A stretch of 64,000 nt of DNA from an uncultured Planctomycetota bacterium (lineage in GTDB: Bacteria; Planctomycetota; Planctomycetia; Isosphaerales; Isosphaeraceae): assembly GCA_963845755.1 (NCBI GenBank), contig CAWJTV010000019.1:256001-320000 (forward strand), written 5' to 3'. Positions 1 to 8,973 of this stretch are shown piece after piece (position 1 is the first letter of the stretch; the number at the start of each line of letters is the position of its first letter). Below the pieces are notes generated by a model, which worked only from the letters and a program-made list of their open reading frames with translations, was not told where the DNA came from and searched no databases. The position numbers and the translations under genes are program-made.

Positions 1-11
1 CCTTCCTGGCG

Positions 12-419
12 GTGGGGCTGATGGGCCTGGAGTTCGGCCCGTGCTATGCAGTCCTCTCTCGCGTGGTGATGCCGAACATGCGTGCCGTGGCCTGCGCCGT
101 GACGCTCTCGGCCGCCCACCTCCTGGGCGACCTCTGGTCGCCGGCCCTGATGGGTTGGGTCATCGACACGTTCGGGCAGGCCGATTCCATGGCCACCGGG
201 TTCGGCCACGTCCTGGCCGCTCTGGGCGCCCTGCCGGTCGTCGAGCCCGGCCGCGAACCCCAAAACCTGACCGCCGGCATGCTCGCCGTCTTGCCGGCGC
301 TGTTGATCGCGGGCATCGTTCTGCTGGCAGGTTCGCGCCATCTTCCCCGCGAGATGGCCCTGATGCTCGCCAAGCTCCGGGCCGCGCCGAGCCGTCGAGC
401 CGCCAGGCCGCGGGCGTGA
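12..419 (+). CDS. MFS transporter, C-terminal part (gene starts upstream of the window)
   Basis: Hydrophobic helices with the MFS-like C-terminal pattern 'RVVMPNMRAVACAVTLSAAHLLGDLWSPALMGWVID'. Confidence 0.6.
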   Translation: MGLMGLEFGPCYAVLSRVVMPNMRAVACAVTLSAAHLLGDLWSPALMGWVIDTFGQADSMATGFGHVLAALGALPVVEPGREPQNLTAGMLAVLPALLIAGIVLLAGSRHLPREMALMLAKLRAAPSRRAARPRA

Positions 420-637
420 TGTCGGCCAGGCAATTCTGACCGAACTGGGGAGCTAAGTAGACCGGGTATGACGATCGCAAGGATCGCCCGGCAGTGGTTT
501 CCGGCGGCACACTCTTGTGATCCCGATTAATCCCATTAAATTCGGAGAAAGGCACCGAGGTTGTCCTAAAGTTCTTCGGACGGATTCGACGGGCTCCCTC
601 TCAGGGACGGGTCACCGTGGATCTCTGAAGACCGGAC

Positions 638-3600
638 ATGAAGCTGTTCAACAACCCTCGTCGCCCGCGGCGCCGCTCCCTGGGATTCGTCGAGCTCGAG
701 AGCCGCTGCCTGCTCACGGCAACGGTCACCTGCCTCGGCCAGGACGGGCAGGACCTCGTCGGCCCCGATGCCTCCCAGGGTCCTGATGGGATCCAGGACC
801 TGCATCTGCACTTCGCCGATCTCTCCGGCACCGTCTCATCGATCGCGATCCAGGCACCCGGCGGCTTCCAGTGGGCGACGGCACCCGACCCGACCGGTGC
901 GGCGCTGGCGGAGTATTTCCCGTCCGCGACGACCGGTCAGGGCGACCTGTATCTCAACCCGCAGGTCAAGAGCGACCAGCCCCCGCCCGGCGGTTCGCTG
1001 CCGCTCGGCGGCTCGACGGGGAGCTTGATCGAACTGACCAGCGGCGCGAGCCTGACCGTGACCATCGACTATCAGGGTCAGGGCACTCCCGACGTGGTGA
1101 CCGTGCCCGTCTCGAACCTGGTCTCTGCCACCGATCCGATGCCTGCCACTCCCGTCCCGGCCGACGTCGTAGGCACGTTCCAGGTGGCCGACGACGGCCA
1201 GGACGGCACGGGCCTGTCGTATGAGCAAGGGTTCGTGCACCTGGTCGTGACCGCGCCGAGCGGCGTCGCCTTCGACAGCAACACCTTCGGCCAGGTCGCC
1301 TGGGGACTCAGCGATACGGTCGGCAACGCCTGGGACAGCACCACCGCCAGCCTCGGTCACAACCACCTTTATGCGTCGCTCCGGGCGAATTCCACGAACG
1401 TCGTGGACCTCTACTTCCCGCCGGACGGCAACGACGCGCCCCCGAGCGGCTCGAATGACCCCACGATGCTCTTGCAGGTCGGCCTGCCGGACGACGGTCA
1501 GGTCTATGCCACCGCGTTCGCGGGCGCGGACTGGGACCCGACCTTGATGACCGCGGCCCCGAACGCCCAGGCCCCGCCCACACCGCCGACCACCGAGGCC
1601 CAGCTCCGCGCCGATCTCATGTCGACGAGCCCCGAGTACGACACCATCGACCTGCCCGCCAACCAGACGATCGCGATCACCCAGCCGCTCGAAATCACCC
1701 ACACGGTCACGATCGTCGGCAACGGGGCCACGCTGTTCTTCCAGCAAGGCGACACGGCGGCCTGGCCGGCCGACGCCTCGGGTGCCATCTACGTCAACGC
1801 CTCCCCGTACAGCAACATCCAGTTGACGCTGGAAAACTTCACGATCCGTTTCGACATGAGCGTCCCGATCCGATGGAGCAACCCCGCGGGGACTCAGCCG
1901 GCGCTCTGGGATCCGGAGAACGACCCCGGCGGGATCACGAAGGCGGTGATCGATACACGCGACTCGAATACCAACCTGAATCGAGACCTCCTGACGTTGA
2001 CCGGCATGACGGTCTACGGCCCCCCGGCCTTCGACGGCTCCGCGTATTCCAATCTCCAGGCCCAGCTCGTGCAATCCGGCGACACCAGCGATGAGTATGT
2101 AGGCGAGCAGGATATCGACCTGATCCGGGCCAACGACGCGGACCTCGGGACGATCGCCGACAGCACGTTCCAGGGCGGATCGATCGAGGTCTTCGGTGGT
2201 CCCTGGACCATCACGGGCAACACGATCCTCGGCTCGACGGCCGACACCTATTCGCCGGGCGCCTTCGCCCTCCACGGCTCCGACGATGCCGTCGTCGAGG
2301 ACAATCAGGTCTCGCAGTCGGATCCCGCCGGCCGGGTGTTCCGCCTGATCGTCCTCGCCACCGGCGGCACCGGCAGCACGATCGCGGACAATACCTTCGG
2401 GGGCGGCGCGGGTCAGGTCGGTAACGAGTTGAGCTACAATTCGTCCATCGGCCAGTTCGACGGCATCAACGATCCGGAGGTGATCCTGGCCGAGAGCACT
2501 TATGGCGTCCTGTTCGAAGGCCGGCCGGGTGCGATCTCGGCGGACGGACGACTGCTAGTCCTCCCGAATCTCCGGGTTTCCGCCGTTCCGGCATCGACCG
2601 GTCCCGGGATGGTGGTCTCGATCCTCTCCGGCGTCGATGGCGACGGCACGTCCGACATGACCCTCGCCGGTCAGTGGTTCCCCGTCGCGCAGCAGGTCAG
2701 CCTCGTCGGCAACACCATCGAGCTGCTGATGGCGAACCCGCTGCCCGCTCCTCCCCCGGGGGGCTACTACGTGGTCGAGGTCACCGGCGGCTACGTCAAC
2801 GATACGATCGAGGGCAACACGATCGACCTCACGGGCAAGTCCTCGACCGCCATCAAGCTCGACGGCGAGGATTATGGGATCCGCATCGTCGGCAACCACA
2901 TCATCGGCGGGACGACCTACGACGACGGCTACAACGGCACGGCGATCTTCCTGGGGGCGGCCATCGGCTCTGCCCCGAGCGGATCCGGCGCCTTCCCCTT
3001 AAGTTGGGGCTGGACCGCCCTGCCGAGCCTGGGCGCGGTGATCGAAGGCAACGTGATCCAGGACTCCCTCGGCGGCATCATCCTCGGGGTGGAGCATAGC
3101 GACGACTACTGGACCGCGCAGGTCGGCACCACCTCGGAGACCGGGCGCGTCTTCCTGACGGCGACCGTGACCGGGAACACATTCGAGTATGATGCCGCTT
3201 TTCTGAACGCATGGGCCGCTGCGTACGTCGCCGAGAGGAACGATCCCGCGCAGGATTCCACCCCCCCGACGGTGACCATCGGCAGCGGTTGGAGTGCCGA
3301 GGCCCCCGGCCAGTACGCCGGCCCGCGGTTCCCCTGGACCGTGGGCGGCGCCTTGACGGTCAACGGCAGCGACCAGCCGATCTTCGTCGACCCGATCGAG
3401 AACGTCGTGACCGTCCAGGGGAATTCGGTCGAGGACATCTCGGCCAACGGGACGACCACCGCCCAGACGGGTCCATCCGGCCAGGTCTACGAAGGCATCG
3501 TCAACGGCGTCACGGTCGCCCCCACGTTGACGCCCCAGACGTATAACAACGAACCGTATTATCCGTTCAATCTCGACAACCTGGATATCGCCGCCGCGAT

Positions 3601-4456
3601 CACGCCCACACCCACCCCGACGCCCACGCCAACACCAACACCAACACCAACACCGACTCCGACACCCACGCCCACTCCGACACCCACGCCCACTCCGACA
3701 CCCACCCCGACGCCCGCACCGCCCCGAACTCCCTTGCCAACGGCACCGTTGAACCTGGCGGCGGTCGCGGTGGGAGCCTCTGAGATCGACCTCTCCTGGC
3801 TGCCCTCACTGGGAGCGTCGCAATATCTGGTGGAGCGAAGTGTTGATGGAGGCCCGTGGAGCGTGATCGCGAGTGGGATCCTGGCACCGCTGTATGACGA
3901 CTCGGGGCTCGCTCCGGCGACGGCCTACGCGTACTGCATCGTGGCGGCTTCCAGAGCCGGTGACTCGCCGGCCAGCGCACCGGCCGTCGCGGCGACGCCT
4001 CCCCTGGCGGACGCATTGTCGATCCAGCCCCTGAGCATCGTGGCGACTCGGAAACTGCCGTTCACCGGGACCGTGGCGACCTTCACCGATGCGAACGTCT
4101 TGACCTCATCGGGGAGCTTCGTGGCGATCATCCACTGGGGAGACGGTCATGTCAGCCGGGGGACGATTACCGGTGACGACGGCGCGTTCTCGGTGATCGC
4201 CCGGCACACGTATTCCGCCCTCGGCCATGATGTGGTCCGGGTGACCGTGACGATGTCCGCGCCGGCCACAGCCGGCGCCTCGTCGGCGTCAACCGCAATC
4301 GTCGTCACCCGCGCGCGGAACCTGAACCGGAAGATCGCGCGGCTCCATCCCAGCCCGGTGAAAAGTCGTCGCATCCGGGCAGTCGGCGATCACCCCATGC
4401 GGACATCCCTCCCGCGGCCTCCGCACCGATCGGCACCAGGACGCCCGAGTTCCTGA
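638..4456 (+). CDS. Large secreted/surface protein: planctomycete N-terminal motif, probable parallel beta-helix region, Pro-Thr linker, FN3 and PKD/Ig-like domains
   Basis: Intact 1272-aa ORF; 'RRRSLGFVELESRCLL' N-terminus; repeated 'I.GN.I' motifs; (PT)n linker; FN3-like 'IDLSW...Y.VERS...Y.D.GL.P.T.Y.Y'; 'IHWGDG' PKD-like motif. Confidence 0.8.
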   Translation: MKLFNNPRRPRRRSLGFVELESRCLLTATVTCLGQDGQDLVGPDASQGPDGIQDLHLHFADLSGTVSSIAIQAPGGFQWATAPDPTGAALAEYFPSATTGQGDLYLNPQVKSDQPPPGGSLPLGGSTGSLIELTSGASLTVTIDYQGQGTPDVVTVPVSNLVSATDPMPATPVPADVVGTFQVADDGQDGTGLSYEQGFVHLVVTAPSGVAFDSNTFGQVAWGLSDTVGNAWDSTTASLGHNHLYASLRANSTNVVDLYFPPDGNDAPPSGSNDPTMLLQVGLPDDGQVYATAFAGADWDPTLMTAAPNAQAPPTPPTTEAQLRADLMSTSPEYDTIDLPANQTIAITQPLEITHTVTIVGNGATLFFQQGDTAAWPADASGAIYVNASPYSNIQLTLENFTIRFDMSVPIRWSNPAGTQPALWDPENDPGGITKAVIDTRDSNTNLNRDLLTLTGMTVYGPPAFDGSAYSNLQAQLVQSGDTSDEYVGEQDIDLIRANDADLGTIADSTFQGGSIEVFGGPWTITGNTILGSTADTYSPGAFALHGSDDAVVEDNQVSQSDPAGRVFRLIVLATGGTGSTIADNTFGGGAGQVGNELSYNSSIGQFDGINDPEVILAESTYGVLFEGRPGAISADGRLLVLPNLRVSAVPASTGPGMVVSILSGVDGDGTSDMTLAGQWFPVAQQVSLVGNTIELLMANPLPAPPPGGYYVVEVTGGYVNDTIEGNTIDLTGKSSTAIKLDGEDYGIRIVGNHIIGGTTYDDGYNGTAIFLGAAIGSAPSGSGAFPLSWGWTALPSLGAVIEGNVIQDSLGGIILGVEHSDDYWTAQVGTTSETGRVFLTATVTGNTFEYDAAFLNAWAAAYVAERNDPAQDSTPPTVTIGSGWSAEAPGQYAGPRFPWTVGGALTVNGSDQPIFVDPIENVVTVQGNSVEDISANGTTTAQTGPSGQVYEGIVNGVTVAPTLTPQTYNNEPYYPFNLDNLDIAAAITPTPTPTPTPTPTPTPTPTPTPTPTPTPTPTPTPTPTPAPPRTPLPTAPLNLAAVAVGASEIDLSWLPSLGASQYLVERSVDGGPWSVIASGILAPLYDDSGLAPATAYAYCIVAASRAGDSPASAPAVAATPPLADALSIQPLSIVATRKLPFTGTVATFTDANVLTSSGSFVAIIHWGDGHVSRGTITGDDGAFSVIARHTYSALGHDVVRVTVTMSAPATAGASSASTAIVVTRARNLNRKIARLHPSPVKSRRIRAVGDHPMRTSLPRPPHRSAPGRPSS
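3601..3716 (+). repeat. Coding hexamer repeat encoding the Pro-Thr linker
   Basis: acgccc/acacca/actccg units read directly. Confidence 0.9.
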
Positions 4457-4465
4457 CAGGCCCTC

Positions 4466-4599
4466 GAGCGCTTCACGCTTGAGTTGAATACGGGCCCGTA
4501 GGGTGCTCTGTGAGCACCGATCCTCGCCACCGGCCCACCCGATGCGCCGGGGATTTTGGTGGGCCTCACGCCGCGATGCGGCGTTCGACCCACCCTACG
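4466..4599. repeat. MITE-like left end followed by a GTAG-type REP doublet at the CRISPR trailer
   Basis: GAGCGCTTCACGCTTGAGTTGAATAC matches the 44379 element end at 21/26 positions; CGTAGGGTG (4497) ... CACCCTACG (4599) inverted pair with internal hairpins. Confidence 0.55.
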
Positions 4600-4615
4600 A
4601 CCCGTTTCGTAAACC

Positions 4616-7600
4616 CTTCCAATCCCCGCGGAATCAGGGGTCACTTAGATCTGGTCGCCGACGACGAGGGCCGGCTCTGCCCGTTTCAATCCCCGCGGAA
4701 TCAGGGGTCACTTAGATCCGTTCAAATCGCAGGGGCGAGGGCCGAACACCAGAAGTTTCAATCCCCGCTGAATCAGGGGTCACTTAGATCTGGGCTACGG
4801 TGGATTTCGTTGTCCTGGCAGCAGTCTCAATCCCCGCTGAATCAGGGGTCACTTAGATCCAGAAAGAAGGGACCATGAACAACGATCCCAGTTTCAATCC
4901 CCGCTGAATCAGGGGTCACTTAGATCAGTGACCTGTCCCCGAGCTCAAAATCCGCGTCTTGAGTTTCAATCCCCGCTGAATCAGGGGTCACTTAGATCGA
5001 TATGGTCCGATGTCGAGCGCTCTGCGCAACACCGTTTCAATCCCCGCTGAATCAGGGGTCACTTAGATCTCGAAGGGGCGGTGGGAGAAGCAGAGAATTA
5101 GATGTGTTTCAATCCCCGCTGAATCAGGGGTCACTTAGATCCTCACCAGGGCTCATCCCGGTCCTTCAACGCTAGTTTCAATCCCCGCTGAATCAGGGGT
5201 CACTTAGATCCAACGATGCGAACAAAGCCAAGTTGGCTGGCTTGTTTCAATCCCCGCTGAATCAGGGGTCACTTAGATCTTCGAAGTGCACAACACAACG
5301 CTTCTCGCCTTGGTTTCAATCCCCGCTGAATCAGGGGTCACTTAGATCATGCCCACGCCGACGACCGCGGCCGGCCGCAAGTTTCAATCCCCGCTGAATC
5401 AGGGGTCACTTAGATCTGGGCCTGCCGGCGGTCGCCGCGTTGGTGCGGTTGGTTTCAATCCCCGCTGAATCAGGGGTCACTTAGATCACGTCCCAGCCAT
5501 GGCCGAGCGCAAGCACATGTTTCAATCCCCGCTGAATCAGGGGTCACTTAGATCGAATACCAGGACTCGGAATTCGAGCTGCACGCGGAGTTTCAATCCC
5601 CGCTGAATCAGGGGTCACTTAGATCCATTATTCTCCTGATTCTGAGATACGGCGCGTCCGTTTCAATCCCCGCTGAATCAGGGGTCACTTAGATCGAATC
5701 CTCGACATCCAGCCGGCCGCGGGGTTCGTTTCAATCCCCGCTGAATCAGGGGTCACTTAGATCATTGTCAACTCCAACGTTCGTTCTGCAAAGGAATCGT
5801 TTCAATCCCCGCTGAATCAGGGGTCACTTAGATCTCGCTGCCGCCGCCAATGCTGCTCAAGCGGAGAGGAAGTTTCAATCCCCGCTGAATCAGGGGTCAC
5901 TTAGATCACAGGTCGAACCGGGTGTGTTGCCCGGTCGAATCGGTTTCAATCCCCGCTGAATCAGGGGTCACTTAGATCGATGCGACGTCTCAAGAGAATG
6001 GGCTGGCGCGCCATGTTTCAATCCCCGCTGAATCAGGGATCACTTAGATCTGGATGTACCGATCTATCGCCGGTGCATGATGTTTCAATCCCCGCTGAAT
6101 CAGGGGTCACTTAGATCTGGTTCACCCGCGCCATCTCCGAAGCCCTAAAAGTTTCAATCCCCGCTGAATCAGGGGTCACTTAGATCGACGAACCGGACGA
6201 TGCCGATAAGCTCGCTGGTTTCAATCCCCGCTGAATCAGGGGTCACTTAGATCGGAAGTTCCTCAACATGAGCACCTGGACTTCTGCGTTTCAATCCCCG
6301 CTGAATCAGGGGTCACTTAGATCAAACGCAGACTTTGTACGGAAACAAAGCTCCTGGTGGTTTCAATCCCCGCTGAATCAGGGGTCACTTAGATCGGCGA
6401 CTTCGCCACGCTGACCGGCGGCGACTAGTTTCAATCCCCGCTGAATCAGGGGTCACTTAGATCTGGATCGACGCCTGCAGAATGAACCCACCTCGTTTCA
6501 ATCCCCGCTGAATCAGGGGTCACTTAGATCAACATGCAGAGGCTCTCGACAGAATTCGGGCCAAATGGTTTCAATCCCCGCTGAATCAGGGGTCACTTAG
6601 ATCGCACTGCGGGCAATATGTTCGGGCTTTTAGTTTCAATCCCCGCTGAATCAGGGGTCACTTAGATCGCTGCGCCTCACCGAGTCTCACCGGGACGATA
6701 TGTTTCAATCCCCGCTGAATCAGGGGTCACTTAGATCAGTACAGCGAGCGGCCAGTTTGCTTCACGGCTGTTTCAATCCCCGCTGAATCAGGGGTCACTT
6801 AGATCGTCCGACGTCTACTGGATCACGCTGACGGAGGACGGTTTCAATCCCCGCTGAATCAGGGGTCACTTAGATCGAGAACCGCCAAGTTCGACGCTGC
6901 GCTTCGCGTTTCAATCCCCGCTGAATCAGGGGTCACTTAGATCAACAACTGTTTTGGTTCGTCGTGAAGATGCTCGTTTCAATCCCCGCTGAATCAGGGG
7001 TCACTTAGATCGGTATACCATAAGGTTCAACCGACCCAAACTAGTTTCAATCCCCGCTGAATCAGGGGTCACTTAGATCGCAAAGGGAGATGTCGTCATC
7101 ATCCCGCCCACGGCGTTTCAATCCCCGCTGAATCAGGGGTCACTTAGATCAATATTAGAATAATTGTAGGTAGAGAAGAGTGTTTCAATCCCCGCTGAAT
7201 CAGGGGTCACTTAGATCTTCGGTCCTCGCTTTGATGAGCTGCCTTTCTGTTTCAATCCCCGCTGAATCAGGGGTCACTTAGATCGAAGGCACTCGAAGAG
7301 AGCGCTAGCTCCTTGGGAGAGGAGGTTTCAATCCCCGCTGAATCAGGGGTCACTTAGATCCCATTCCAGACAGACCGCTTCCGCAGGCAACAGTTTCAAT
7401 CCCCGCTGAATCAGGGGTCACTTAGATCCACGGCGCTCAACGAGGCCAAGCCGCGCGTCAAGCCGAGTTTCAATCCCCGCTGAATCAGGGGTCACTTAGA
7501 TCAAGAGCGCTGGCATTGCCTTCGCTCCCTTCGTTTCAATCCCCGCTGAATCAGGGGTCACTTAGATCTCCAGCTGCTGCACGTCTCCGCCGCCATGAAG

Positions 7601-8325
7601 TTTCAATCCCCGCTGAATCAGGGGTCACTTAGATCAAAAGCGCTTCTTCTACTTTCTTTTTTTTTCTGTCGTTTCAATCCCCGCTGAATCAGGGGTCACT
7701 TAGATCACAAACTGTAGCAGCATCAGCACAGTGAGTGCCTTGTTTCAATCCCCGCTGAATCAGGGGTCACTTAGATCATCTGTCGGGCGTGTCGCGATGG
7801 AAAATGAAGTTTCAATCCCCGCTGAATCAGGGGTCACTTAGATCAAGTGCCTTTCATCGAGATCATACTCACTTGTTTCAATCCCCGCTGAATCAGGGGT
7901 CACTTAGATCACCGAACTGGTCCAGGACGGTATGTCCTACGCGTTTCAATCCCCGCTGAATCAGGGGTCACTTAGATCGGAAGTGCCAGGGCTCATCGAA
8001 ACGGCTCTTGTTTCAATCCCCGCTGAATCAGGGGTCACTTAGATCTTTACCGGGAGTGGACCGACAAGGATAGGCCGCACGTTTCAATCCCCGCTGAATC
8101 AGGGGTCACTTAGATCGGGTCGAGAGTAGCCAGTCGGTCGGTGTGGTTGGCGGTTTCAATCCCCGCTGAATCAGGGGTCACTTAGATCCTAAGTTCTACA
8201 AGGTCATCAAGGACCTCAACGTTTCAATCCCCGCTGAATCAGGGGTCACTTAGATCGCAAAGAAATGTGTAGTAGTTAAAAGTCGAGTAGTTTCAATCCC
8301 CGCTGAATCAGGGGTCACTTAGATC
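4616..8325 (-). CRISPR. CRISPR array, 54 repeats / 53 spacers (manual count); 36-bp repeat GATCTAAGTGACCCCTGATTCAGCGGGGATTGAAAC in transcribed orientation
   Basis: Repeats read directly; spacers ~29-40 nt. The ATTGAAAC 3' end on the minus strand, degenerate copies at the left (4616, 4683, 4824) and cas2 to the right all indicate minus-strand transcription. Confidence 0.98.
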
Positions 8326-8700
8326 TGCACATCCGGCCACATGTAATCTGGAAATCGTCCCAGACTGTCCTGGCATATCGACTTCCGATCAATCCGGGAT
8401 GCACGTGCCGACAAGTTAACGCGCAGTATCCCACTTGGCCACCCCTCACGTGGTTTTTTTCGGCTTGCGTTTCCGCCGGCGCCAACCAAAGCGAGAGGCG
8501 CAAACGGCGTCCCCGCGTCCCCGAGAGGACCCAGAGCAAGACCGAGGCCGCAAACCGCGGCCAGCCGCCCTGCTGTAGCGACCCGCTCATTCGCGCCCGT
8601 GGGGCCAACCTACGCCCCGGCAGGAAACGAACGGGAGTCGCGGGGGAGCGATGAACCCCCGTGCGGTATACGCTGGAACTCCCTCGGAAGTGCGAACCAT
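8326..8700 (-). promoter_or_regulatory. CRISPR leader region
   Basis: Non-coding gap between the cas2 stop and the conserved end of the array. Confidence 0.7.
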
Positions 8701-8973
8701 TCACACCACGATCACGGCATCCTCGGCGACCGGATCGCGCTGCCAGGAGATGCGTCGTTTGGGGAATCGGCGGTCGATGGGGAAAAGATCGAACGCATCG
8801 GTCTTGGCCAGCAGCAGGCCCACGCGGAACCGCAGTTCGTCGAGGTCCTCCGGCTCGACCTCGATCTCGAAGACGCTCCGCTGGACGCGGCGGCCATACT
8901 CCAGGAGGATCTCGGCGACGCGGGCCCGCCGGGAATCGCGGGTGACATCGTAGGCGGCGACGTAAAGGCTCAT
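8701..8973 (-). CDS. cas2: CRISPR-associated endoribonuclease Cas2
   Basis: 'YVAAYDVTRDSRRARVAEILLEYGRRVQRSVFE' canonical Cas2 motifs. Confidence 0.95.
   Translation of the reverse strand: MSLYVAAYDVTRDSRRARVAEILLEYGRRVQRSVFEIEVEPEDLDELRFRVGLLLAKTDAFDLFPIDRRFPKRRISWQRDPVAEDAVIVV

Noticed and set aside
4390..4878. ORFs over the array end, and the many long antisense ORFs across the window
   Set aside because: Translations of repeats, or high-GC shadow frames of real genes
8046..8080. Spacer containing CCGACAAGGA, reminiscent of a 23S rRNA segment
   Set aside because: Only ~10 nt agree, and the spacer reads well as coding sequence
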